From Candidatus Thorarchaeota archaeon (GTDB lineage Archaea; Asgardarchaeota; Thorarchaeia; Thorarchaeales; Thorarchaeaceae): a DNA stretch of 45,578 nucleotides. A model generated the notes under the pieces. It ran no database searches. It had not been told where the DNA came from and saw only the letters and a list, made by a program, of their open reading frames with translations. Within the stretch, counting starts at the first letter, position 1. Each line of letters starts with the position of its first letter. The stretch is taken from the NCBI GenBank assembly GCA_016839445.1, contig JAEOUG010000141.1, positions 1 through 45,578 on the forward strand, given 5' to 3'. Both the position numbers and the translations under genes were made by a program. This document shows positions 37,073 to 45,578 of the stretch, one piece after another.

Positions 37073-38533
37073 TCATCTCCCTATTGTCACGCCACAGAAC
37101 GGGCACTTCACTGGCTTTCCATCTTTCAGGTTCTCGACTTCTTGCACTGACAGCTTGCTGAAACACATGGGGCAGAGCCACGCTGAGAGACGCTCCTGAA
37201 GGTCGTCAATCGCTGGCAGGATCATGGCATCGTCCTCCCCTGAAACTCGGATTCTGCAGCTGGCACCCCGAACACCCGCGGGCCCTGATACCGACACCTC
37301 GACTCCGAGATTCTTGCCCGTGTACTTCCCGCTGGCCCAACCCGCAATACTACCAATGAAGACACCATCTACGATGTCATGTGATGTTTCAACTTCATGG
37401 AAGTTGGAGTCCCCGAGCACCTTGAGGGATTTCTCGTACATCTCCTCAGGAGTCCAATCTTCTACCTTCACCTGAATCTCCCCGGCCTCCAACTCCTCCA
37501 ACTTCCGTCTGAATTCGCCTTTGCTGATGGGCTTGGGCATGAGGAGGTCGCAGACTGCTCTGATGGTGAAGGGTCGTGTCGCAAGAGTGTGGGCCTTGCC
37601 CCATGGATCAACATAAGAGACCCCAGCAACTATGTCTCCCCGAACGCAGTCCTGAGTAGGCCGGAAGTCAAAATGAGGACTTCTGAACCCGCCCGGCTCA
37701 ATCTTTGTGAACTGGCAGTCATCGTCTTTGCTCGCCAGAACCAGCGCATCTCTTGGATAGGATAGCACAAAGACTGTGACATCGTTGATTATGTGGTCTG
37801 AGCTGTTGACTACTTTCACTTTGAACCTGAAGCGACTGCCCACAATCTCGCCGCCTCGGAGAGCAGTGACCGTACCATCCTTGCTCTGGTATGTCGGATG
37901 ACCTTCCGCTATAGTCTTGCTTCTTGCATCATCGTGAGGAGTGCCAAGCGACTGCCAGAACTGGGGTCTGACCGACGCGCTCGGCGACCTCCTCTTGTCT
38001 GTGCCCGAACCTGTCGGACTGCTAGCAAGAATTGATTCCTTGCTGCCACCCGTTTCTTGGTCTTCGTCTTCTTCCTGCAGTCGTCGGATGAATAGAATAC
38101 AGGCTACGCCAGCCGCCACAACGATTAGCGTCGGCACCAGGAGAGGATACCATGACCCAATAGAAGACCAGGCTGTAATGATGATATAGAGAATCCCTAT
38201 GTACAGCAGGCCTCCGCAGCAGATGATGCCTCCAGGGTCTCTAGCCTTCTCTTCTTCTGCAAGATGAGGCTCGGTCTTCTCTGGCTCGGCGCTTGCAGCC
38301 TTCTCGACGGCAACTGGCTCCTTGCTGCCTTCGCCCTCATCTTGGCTCTCGGCTCCCTCTCTTCGTGAAGGATAGAAAGCAAAGACTAACAGAAGAGCCA
38401 TTTCGATCCACAACAAGAAGATGATTCCCAAGTACACCGAAGGGTCAAACGGAGTCACTGCAAGAAACAAGATGGTTAGTATGACGAAGATGGTTAGGAG
38501 TAGGGCTCCCAGAAGGCGCTCCTCCAGCTTCAT
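37073..38533 (-). CDS. 4-TM membrane protein with cytoplasmic beta-sandwich + platform (adaptin/coatomer appendage-like) domain and Zn ribbon
   Basis: Two TM hairpins and disordered linkers, then FRFKVKVVN.S...INDV.V...VSYVD..G...; LLMPKPISKGEFRRKLEEL; terminal CPMC/CPFC. Start uncertain (up to 38590). Confidence 0.6.
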   Translation of the reverse strand: MKLEERLLGALLLTIFVILTILFLAVTPFDPSVYLGIIFLLWIEMALLLVFAFYPSRREGAESQDEGEGSKEPVAVEKAASAEPEKTEPHLAEEEKARDPGGIICCGGLLYIGILYIIITAWSSIGSWYPLLVPTLIVVAAGVACILFIRRLQEEDEDQETGGSKESILASSPTGSGTDKRRSPSASVRPQFWQSLGTPHDDARSKTIAEGHPTYQSKDGTVTALRGGEIVGSRFRFKVKVVNSSDHIINDVTVFVLSYPRDALVLASKDDDCQFTKIEPGGFRSPHFDFRPTQDCVRGDIVAGVSYVDPWGKAHTLATRPFTIRAVCDLLMPKPISKGEFRRKLEELEAGEIQVKVEDWTPEEMYEKSLKVLGDSNFHEVETSHDIVDGVFIGSIAGWASGKYTGKNLGVEVSVSGPAGVRGASCRIRVSGEDDAMILPAIDDLQERLSAWLCPMCFSKLSVQEVENLKDGKPVKCPFCGVTIGR

Positions 38534-38691
38534 CTTCCCAATCCTATCCAGAACCATCGCCCATCCCGCTGCCTGTGTGAATTCCCGCACGAGAGGTTAT
38601 AGGTCTTTCATCCTGAATGAGCCATCTCGAGGAGTGCAGAGGTCTTCTCTTGGACGCCGTGTCTGCGGCATCACTAGTGTGTACTACGACC

Positions 38692-40887
38692 CTATCTCCA
38701 AGCCGAATCGATCTTGGGCAGGGTCTCCTTCGGTGGCTCGGAGTCATGATGCTTCTGAACGATGTTCATGACCTCCGGAATCCAATCGAGACCTAGCTCC
38801 TTGACTTTCTCGGGTCTGGGTACACCGTTCCGTGTCCATCCTCTGCGCTTGTAAGCCGCATCTGTTAGGAGCCGGTATGTTTCCTCCCTGTTCTCTCGAA
38901 GGGCCTTGTTCTTCTCAGTAGTGGACTTGCCAGCGATGTCTATTCCTATGTCCTTGAGCTGGGCGTCATAGCGGTCCTGTCTGGATTCGTACTCCCAGTC
39001 TGTTACTGGCCCTGCGCTTCTATAGGGTATGAACGAGTCATGCAGTCTGAGACCTTTGCCCTGTCGGATATTGAAGATACGCTGGAAGTTGTACACCTTC
39101 TCGGACATCTTGATCAGGTCCTTGCCCTTGGTGGGCCTTCCTGTCATGGCCTCGAAGAAGCGTGCATAGAACTCCACGTGCTTGGGAACCTTGGCTGGCT
39201 CGTCGCTCTCAGCATTGTCGGGTGGAACCACGTCATTCCATGGCAGCTTACACAATCCATTGAGCCCAAACCAGGTCCGCCACATTGGGAAGTAGTGTAG
39301 TGCCTCTGCCTTCTGCTCGAAGGTGGGCATGTAGTTGTGGACCTGGTCAAGGAATATCAACCACGCCTCGTCGTGCTGTGGCCCCTTTAGGGTGAGTCCG
39401 TAGCCTCCCTGTTGCGCCAGGCTCTCTTTCGTGACATACTCGGAGTATTCGAGGCCCTTGTGTTCCATGCCGATGTCCTGCATGTGTTTCTCGTTCACGC
39501 CAAACTCCTTGGCGAAGTAGCCTTTCAGATAGCGGACCCCTTTGCCGAAGTGCTTCCCACCGAATCCTTTGCCCTCTGCGATCTCATGGAGTACTGCAGC
39601 GACGTGCTCTGCCGCGCCCCAGTTAAGCTTGTGACCTCCCGTGGCCTTCTGGTCAATGTGCCCTCCTTCGAAGAGCTCCATGACGAATCCCATTGTGGTG
39701 CCGAAGCTTATGGTGTCGAGACCATAGGCGTCACAGTAGAAGTTGAACTCCGCAACCCAATGAGCGTCGAACACACCAATGTTGGACCCGCAGCCTGCAA
39801 TTGTCTCATACTCCGGGCCGTCTACAACGACCTTCTTGCCCTTGAAGGGACCGGTCCTGAGTTCGAAGCCCTCTATGCAGTGCGAGCAGTTGATGGCACA
39901 GGGGCGCCAGCAGCCGTCCCAGCCCTTACCTGCATTCGTGAAGATCTTCTCCCACACATCTCCGAAGAGGGCCCTTGCCTCTGGGTCTCCACCCGTTCTG
40001 AAGTTGCGTGTCGGCAGCAGGTCGAACTCATCCATGATAGATGGAAGGTGCGCCGTGCCAATGACTCTCATTCTGTTCTGATTGGGGTCTTGGTTGAGAA
40101 TCTCTCCAGAGTGCTCACGTCCAACTTCCTTGATGGCCTCAAGATCGGCGGGGCCATTCATATCTAGTGTAATCTTGTCCTTCTTGGCCACTAGGGCCTT
40201 GATTCGCTTGTTGCGGAAGACGGTACCAATGCCACCTCTGCCTGCCTGCTTGTATCTTGGGAGGTCTCTCCTCATGTCCCACCAGCTGAAGTTCAGGCAA
40301 CCCATCCAAGCATGCTCAGCACCTGGTCCTGCTGTCACCACAGACATGTCCTTGCCCTCCTTCTCCGTGTGCCTCTCACTCAGCACTCTGGTAATCTCAT
40401 AGGCTAGGTCCGGCAGGTCGGTCGCATCGTGAATCTCTATTCTGCCCTTGTCTCCATCTATGAAGATGTAGACATCCTTGTCAGCCTTCCCCTGTATCTC
40501 CATGGCATCGAAGCCTGAGAACTTGAGGTTGGGGCCGAAGTAGCCGCCGACATTGCTGTCAATGACTATTCCAGTCTCTGGAGAGATGGAGGTGACGATT
40601 GACTTGCCTGCACCTGGATACTGAGTCACTCCACCAAGAGGTCCTGTGGCGATGCATATCTCGTTCTCTGGGTCATCCCACTTCACAATACGGTCTTTGG
40701 GAAGTCCATTCCACATCAGCCACAGATCGAATCCCTTTCCCCCCGTAAAGGTCTCTTTCATCTTGTCGTCGACTGGTCTTAGCTTGATCTCATTGCTGCT
40801 CAGATTGACGTAGAGAGTCTGACTTGCATAACCTCGCTCAATCGTCGGCACATCATACGTGAACTCCTTCAGCATAGGAACCACCAA
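38692..40887 (-). CDS. Aldehyde:ferredoxin oxidoreductase family protein (second, longer subfamily)
   Basis: FTGGKG, SPETG..IDSNVGG.FG, QAGRGGIG, CWRPCAINC, GPEYET, CDAYGLDTIS, YKRRGW..NGVP. Confidence 0.93.
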   Translation of the reverse strand: MVVPMLKEFTYDVPTIERGYASQTLYVNLSSNEIKLRPVDDKMKETFTGGKGFDLWLMWNGLPKDRIVKWDDPENEICIATGPLGGVTQYPGAGKSIVTSISPETGIVIDSNVGGYFGPNLKFSGFDAMEIQGKADKDVYIFIDGDKGRIEIHDATDLPDLAYEITRVLSERHTEKEGKDMSVVTAGPGAEHAWMGCLNFSWWDMRRDLPRYKQAGRGGIGTVFRNKRIKALVAKKDKITLDMNGPADLEAIKEVGREHSGEILNQDPNQNRMRVIGTAHLPSIMDEFDLLPTRNFRTGGDPEARALFGDVWEKIFTNAGKGWDGCWRPCAINCSHCIEGFELRTGPFKGKKVVVDGPEYETIAGCGSNIGVFDAHWVAEFNFYCDAYGLDTISFGTTMGFVMELFEGGHIDQKATGGHKLNWGAAEHVAAVLHEIAEGKGFGGKHFGKGVRYLKGYFAKEFGVNEKHMQDIGMEHKGLEYSEYVTKESLAQQGGYGLTLKGPQHDEAWLIFLDQVHNYMPTFEQKAEALHYFPMWRTWFGLNGLCKLPWNDVVPPDNAESDEPAKVPKHVEFYARFFEAMTGRPTKGKDLIKMSEKVYNFQRIFNIRQGKGLRLHDSFIPYRSAGPVTDWEYESRQDRYDAQLKDIGIDIAGKSTTEKNKALRENREETYRLLTDAAYKRRGWTRNGVPRPEKVKELGLDWIPEVMNIVQKHHDSEPPKETLPKIDSAWR

Positions 40888-41082
40888 CTCACGGCCTTCT
40901 AGGGCGCTTGAGCGTTTTCGGCTCTATGTCGCATTTGAGTCTTGTTGTCGCCGACATGCTTGACTGTACATATTGACCTCGTGTCTTCACGGAGAATACT
41001 CGTGTCTGGATGTTCAAGACAGTACATTCATAACATAGTCGTGGACCCGACGGACAACTAGTACAGAGGGAGTCGTACTGCA

Positions 41083-42963
41083 TTGAGAGAAGCCATATCC
41101 ATCCTCGAATCCACCCTTACAGATGCGAACTTCAGGAAGCTTCTCGCCATTACGGATCGGCGTGTGCACCGGTTCGTTGCAGACGCCATCGAGCTATGCA
41201 GACCAATGAAGGTGTTTGTCTGTGACGACTCAAAGATGGACACTGAATACATTCGTCGTACGGCAATAGCCCGCAATGAGGAGACTCCTCTGGCGAACCC
41301 ATACCACACTGTGCACTTCGATGGCTTCTACGATCAGGCTCGAGACAAGGAGCGAACCGTGTACCTTGTGCCAGAGGGTGAAAGTCTAGGCCAGCATCTC
41401 CCCCAAATGGATAGGAAGAAGGGTCTGGAGATTACCAGGAATCGACTGAATGGGAGCATGGACAACAAGAAGATGGTCGTGCGCTTCTTCTGTCTGGGCC
41501 CGTTGGACTCGCCATTCTCTATCCCTGTAGTTCAGATCACAGACTCCTTCTATGTTGCCCACAGTGAGGACTTGCTGTATAGACGAGGATACGACTACTT
41601 CCGAAGACTCCCCGATGAGAAGGAGATCTTCTGGATGCTACACTCCTCTGGAAAACTGATGCTTGGAACAAGCATAGACTGGGAGAACAGGGGGGTCGCT
41701 ATTGACTACAAGGAAAACACAGTCTACAGCTACAACACTCAGTACGCTGGAAATACACTGGGCCTGAAGAAGCTCGCTCTCCGACTTGCCATTCGTAAGG
41801 CAGACCGAGAGAACTGGCTTGCCGAACACATGTTCCTGATGGCCGTTAAGGGCCCATCAGGGCGCAAGACCTACCTCACAGGTGCATTCCCCTCGGGATG
41901 TGGCAAGACAAGCACCTCAATGACACGAGGGAACAACATAGTTGGAGATGATATAACATACATCCGAGAGGTTGACGGGAAAGCCAGAGCAGTCAATGTC
42001 GAGAGAGGCATCTTTGGCATAATCCGATCGGTCACTCAGAAGGATGACCCGCTCATCTGGGATTTGCTACACTCCAGGAGGCCTGCAATCTTCACCAATG
42101 TGCTGATCACTGAAGATGAAAACCCCCGCTGGCTTGACGACGATCAGCCTGTTCCAAAGGGTGGTACCAACTATTCTGGTGAGTGGTTCCCTGGAAAAGT
42201 CAACAGGGATGGTGAGGAAATCCCTTATGCTCACAAGAATGCACGCTACACCATCGGTCTTGATGGTTTCCCTAATCTTGACGGGTCTCTCGATGATCCG
42301 CGAGGTGTGGAGATTGGTGGCATCATCTACGGCGGCAGGGACATGGATACGTGGGTTCCTGTTCAAGAGTCTCTTGACTGGGCTCATGGCGTCGTCACCA
42401 TGGGGGCAAGTCTGGAGTCCGAGTCGACAGCGGCCACTCTTGGCCCGAGCGGCGTGAGGAAGTTTCAGCCGTTCTCCAACATGGATTTCATCTCGATTCC
42501 TCTTGGCAAGTACATTCAGAACCACTTGGATTTCGGATTGAGACTTAGCGCAGTACCGAAGGTATTCGCCGTGAACTACTTCCTGCTGGGACCGGATGGC
42601 TACTACTTGAATCGAAAGGACGCGAAGATTGCGTGGCTTCAGTGGATGGAGGCGAGGATAAATGGGGATGCAGAGGCCATAGCTACTCCCACCGGACTGA
42701 TTCCTACGCATGCGGACCTAGAAACCATCTTTAGAGAGAAGCTGGACCGTGACTACACTCTGGAATCCTATGAGGAGCAATTCAAGCTCCGTATTCCAGA
42801 GCAACTGGAGAAGACTGAGCGGATTGCCGGGATCTATCGAGACACAGTACCAGACTCTCCCCGAGCAATCTTCGATATTCTTGACGCTCAGAAGGCTCGG
42901 CTCGAAGAGGCTCGAACCGAGTTCGGAGACTACGTGTCCCCCCTCTCCTTCAGCAGGTCTTAG
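41083..42963 (+). CDS. pckG: Phosphoenolpyruvate carboxykinase (GTP)
   Basis: YAGN.LGLKK.ALR, WLAEHM, GAFPSGCGKT, VGDDI, HKNARYT, IIYGGRD, VNYF. Confidence 0.95.
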   Translation: MREAISILESTLTDANFRKLLAITDRRVHRFVADAIELCRPMKVFVCDDSKMDTEYIRRTAIARNEETPLANPYHTVHFDGFYDQARDKERTVYLVPEGESLGQHLPQMDRKKGLEITRNRLNGSMDNKKMVVRFFCLGPLDSPFSIPVVQITDSFYVAHSEDLLYRRGYDYFRRLPDEKEIFWMLHSSGKLMLGTSIDWENRGVAIDYKENTVYSYNTQYAGNTLGLKKLALRLAIRKADRENWLAEHMFLMAVKGPSGRKTYLTGAFPSGCGKTSTSMTRGNNIVGDDITYIREVDGKARAVNVERGIFGIIRSVTQKDDPLIWDLLHSRRPAIFTNVLITEDENPRWLDDDQPVPKGGTNYSGEWFPGKVNRDGEEIPYAHKNARYTIGLDGFPNLDGSLDDPRGVEIGGIIYGGRDMDTWVPVQESLDWAHGVVTMGASLESESTAATLGPSGVRKFQPFSNMDFISIPLGKYIQNHLDFGLRLSAVPKVFAVNYFLLGPDGYYLNRKDAKIAWLQWMEARINGDAEAIATPTGLIPTHADLETIFREKLDRDYTLESYEEQFKLRIPEQLEKTERIAGIYRDTVPDSPRAIFDILDAQKARLEEARTEFGDYVSPLSFSRS

Positions 42964-43369
42964 GCTGCATTACGGGATTTGAGGAGCCCTTGCGAACCTG
43001 ATGCAAACTGAAAGTATATCAGGTGTCTCTGGTTACACTCTGAAATGCATGTGTTGGACTCAAGCAACAGCCGGTGTGAAGACTTCGGAGCTCGGATGTA
43101 CGAAACCGTGCAGGTATGTGACCGAACCTGAAAGGAATATATACTGGAAGTTGTGTGGGCCGACGTAATCATACTCGATGAGTATATAGACAACATGAAT
43201 GAGTTGGAACCCATCCTAGGTCCCAATTTGAGGTCTTGGTCGTCACAATGACTGGGAAAATGGCCCCTCACAGGATCTGTACATGTGAGCCCGCCATGCT
43301 ACTTGTTGATGTGATGACCTGGTCTCTTCACCAATGTGACGATAACCCCAGATGTATGAGGTCATCTCC

Positions 43370-45578
43370 ATGACGACAGAAAGACATCCAAAGGCCGATG
43401 CCGCATCAACTAGTGGTGGCTTCAAGTCAAACGAAGCCTTGGTCGTGGGTGGCGGAGTCGCAGGCATGCAGGCTGCGCTCGATATCGCCAACCAAGGCTT
43501 CAAGGTGACTCTGCTTGAGAAGTCGCCCTCAATTGGTGGCAGAATGGCCCAAATTGACAAGACGTTTCCGACCCTTGACTGTAGTGCGTGCATACTCACG
43601 CCTAAGCTGAGCGAGGTCGCGCGCCATCCCAACATCGACTTGGTCACGTATGCTGACATAAAATCCGTGAGCGGCGAAACCGGTGACTTCCGAGTGAAAG
43701 TCCACAAGCACTCTAGATACGTCGACGAGGACAAGTGCTCCGGCTGCAATGACTGCATACCTGTGTGCCCAGTTGAAGTGCCGAATGAGTTCGATCAGGG
43801 GATAGGCTTCCGGAAGGCCATCTACAAGCCCTTCCCACAGGCTACTCCCAACGTCGTAACGGTTGACAAGAGGGGTGAACCCGCTTGCAGGGCTACTTGC
43901 CCCGCCGAGGTCAACGCTCAGGGCTTCGTCACCATGATGCGCCATGGCAGATTCGACGAGGCTCTCGAGATTGTCCGAAGATCCATTCCCTTCCCTGGTG
44001 TGCTTGGGAGAGTGTGCATCTCCTTCTGCGAGGCCGAGTGCGAAAGGGGCATGCTTGATGAGAGCATAAGCATCAGAAACCTGCACAGATTCCTGGCTGA
44101 CTACGAGCGTGAGCACGGAGCCGCTCCTGTAGAGGCCAAGATCGACAAGAAGGACCGTGTGGCTGTCGTCGGTGGAGGACCGGGAGGCATCAGTTGTGCC
44201 TATCATCTGGCCAGAAGGGGATATCCCGTCACCATCTTCGAGTCAAGAGAGAAGGCCGGTGGAATGCTCAGATATGGTATTCCAGAATATCGCCTTCCCA
44301 GGGACATTCTAGATGAAGAGATACAGCGCGTTGTGGACATGGGTGTCAAGATAAAGACCAAATCACCCGTCAAGAACATCAACGAGCTCATGGAGAGAGG
44401 CTTCAAGGCCGTGTTTGTGGCAACCGGTTGCTGGGAGAGCAACAAGCTTGGAATCCACGGAGAAGACACAGAGGGCGTCGTACACGCCATGGAATTCCTT
44501 GAGGCTGTCAACAATGGTCAGAAAGTCTCTGTTGGCGAGAGAGTTGTTGTTGTGGGCGGTGGAGATGCCGCCATTGACTCGGCCCGTGTTGCATTGAGAC
44601 TCGGAGCAAAGGAAGTGACCCTCGTCTACCGAAGATCCCACGTGGAGATTCCTGCAATCCCAAGCGAGGTTGAGGACGCCAAGAAGGAGGGAATCAAGTT
44701 CATGCTCCTGACCAACCCCGTTGAGATCCTCCAATCAAAGGGCCACATCACAGGCGTCAGATGCGTCAAGATGCGTCTTGGCGAACCAGACCACTCTGGG
44801 CGACGCAGGCCAGTTCCGATACCGAACTCGGAATTCACCATGGCTATTGATGAGATGATCATTGCAGTTGGCCAGTCTGCTGACCAACGTGGAGTCCAGA
44901 TGGACGTGGAATGCAATGAGTGGGGTCTTGTCAGGGCCGATCCTGTAACGCTTGAAACTAACACACCGGGTGTGTTCGCTGGCGGAGACATTGTCCTCGG
45001 TCCTCTTACTGTCGTCAAGGCCGTCGGACATGGGAAGAACGCAGCGGAGTCGATTGACCGTTACATCCAGGGACATGACCTCAAAGAGGGTCGTATTAAG
45101 GAGCGTCACCGCGTTCAGTCTTTTGAGGTGCCAAAAGAACACATCCCTGTTGAGAGCCGGGTTTCCATGCCGAAGTCTGGAGTCAGCACCAGAGCCCGTG
45201 GTTTCAGCGAAGTAGAGCTTGGGTTCAACCAAGAGACTGCTGTCGCTGAGGCTGAGAGGTGTCTCGGGTGTGCTGTCTGCTGCGAATGCGAGAAGTGCGT
45301 TGAGGCCTGTACTAGAGAGGCGATCGACCATCACCTAGAAGACGAGGTCTTGGACCTGCATGTTGGTGCGATTGTGCTTGCTACAGGCTACAAGATGTTT
45401 GACATTTCTGAGTACACGCAGTTCGGCTACGGCAAGCTTCCCAACGTCATTGATGCCATGGAGTTCGAGCGGCTGATAAACGCGGCCGGTCCAACCCACG
45501 GACATCTAGTGCGCCTGAGTGACGGCAAAGTGCCTCACAGCATAGGGTTCATCCAGTGCGTCGGTGCCCGAGATGTCC
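43370..45578 (+). CDS. HdrA-like flavoprotein with inserted ferredoxin and GltD-like NAD(P)H module (HdrL-type), truncated at window edge
   Basis: Not in ORF track. Manual translation from ATG 43370: ALVVGGGVAGMQAALD, GGRMAQIDKTFPTLDCSAC, CSGCNDCIPVCP, LGRVCISFCEAEC, GGMLRYGIPEYRLP, VVGGGDAAID...VYRRS, VFAGGD, then VGAIVLATG and FIQCVGAR. Confidence 0.92.
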   Translation, partial: MTTERHPKADAASTSGGFKSNEALVVGGGVAGMQAALDIANQGFKVTLLEKSPSIGGRMAQIDKTFPTLDCSACILTPKLSEVARHPNIDLVTYADIKSVSGETGDFRVKVHKHSRYVDEDKCSGCNDCIPVCPVEVPNEFDQGIGFRKAIYKPFPQATPNVVTVDKRGEPACRATCPAEVNAQGFVTMMRHGRFDEALEIVRRSIPFPGVLGRVCISFCEAECERGMLDESISIRNLHRFLADYEREHGAAPVEAKIDKKDRVAVVGGGPGGISCAYHLARRGYPVTIFESREKAGGMLRYGIPEYRLPRDILDEEIQRVVDMGVKIKTKSPVKNINELMERGFKAVFVATGCWESNKLGIHGEDTEGVVHAMEFLEAVNNGQKVSVGERVVVVGGGDAAIDSARVALRLGAKEVTLVYRRSHVEIPAIPSEVEDAKKEGIKFMLLTNPVEILQSKGHITGVRCVKMRLGEPDHSGRRRPVPIPNSEFTMAIDEMIIAVGQSADQRGVQMDVECNEWGLVRADPVTLETNTPGVFAGGDIVLGPLTVVKAVGHGKNAAESIDRYIQGHDLKEGRIKERHRVQSFEVPKEHIPVESRVSMPKSGVSTRARGFSEVELGFNQETAVAEAERCLGCAVCCECEKCVEACTREAIDHHLEDEVLDLHVGAIVLATGYKMFDISEYTQFGYGKLPNVIDAMEFERLINAAGPTHGHLVRLSDGKVPHSIGFIQCVGARDV

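Noticed and set aside
43243-45334. Minus-strand ORFs (171, 225, 199 aa and others)
   Set aside because: Antisense shadows of the HdrA-like gene, which is absent from the track because it runs off the window.
1-45578. CRISPR arrays, tRNA/rRNA genes, transposases, integrases
   Set aside because: No regularly spaced repeats, cloverleaf-like segments or mobile-element proteins seen; intergenic gaps are short. Read by eye, so a small ncRNA could be missed.

Overview
Gene-dense archaeal chromosomal window, most likely from an Asgard archaeon (Thorarchaeota-like). This is inferred from several longin-like proteins, a RING-like protein, a gelsolin-like and an adaptin-appendage-like protein alongside Mtd, FrhB, HdrA and two tungsten AORs. 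I saw no rRNA, tRNA, CRISPR array or transposase. Metabolic genes: two aldehyde:ferredoxin oxidoreductases, mtd, an FrhB-family protein, ribA, GTP-PEPCK, an HdrL-like HdrA fusion (truncated) and an esterase (truncated). Best candidate for an undescribed system (about 5.2-10.1 kb): two paralogous longin + winged-helix proteins resembling NPRL2/NPRL3 (GATOR1), the downstream one overlapping a MinD/ParA ATPase with an atypical Walker A. Divergent from them lies a polytopic membrane protein ending in a RadA-N-like helix-hairpin-helix domain, and an unannotated 38-aa membrane microprotein converges on the ATPase. Other notable items: a stand-alone enlarged NurA-HerA pair; two apparently catalytically dead enzymes (GH133 debranching enzyme, histidine phosphatase); a three-gene cluster around an RPH/PigC-architecture dikinase; a longin-TackOD1 fusion; and a membrane-tethered adaptin-ear-like protein. 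All family assignments come from recognising motifs by eye; no searches were run.
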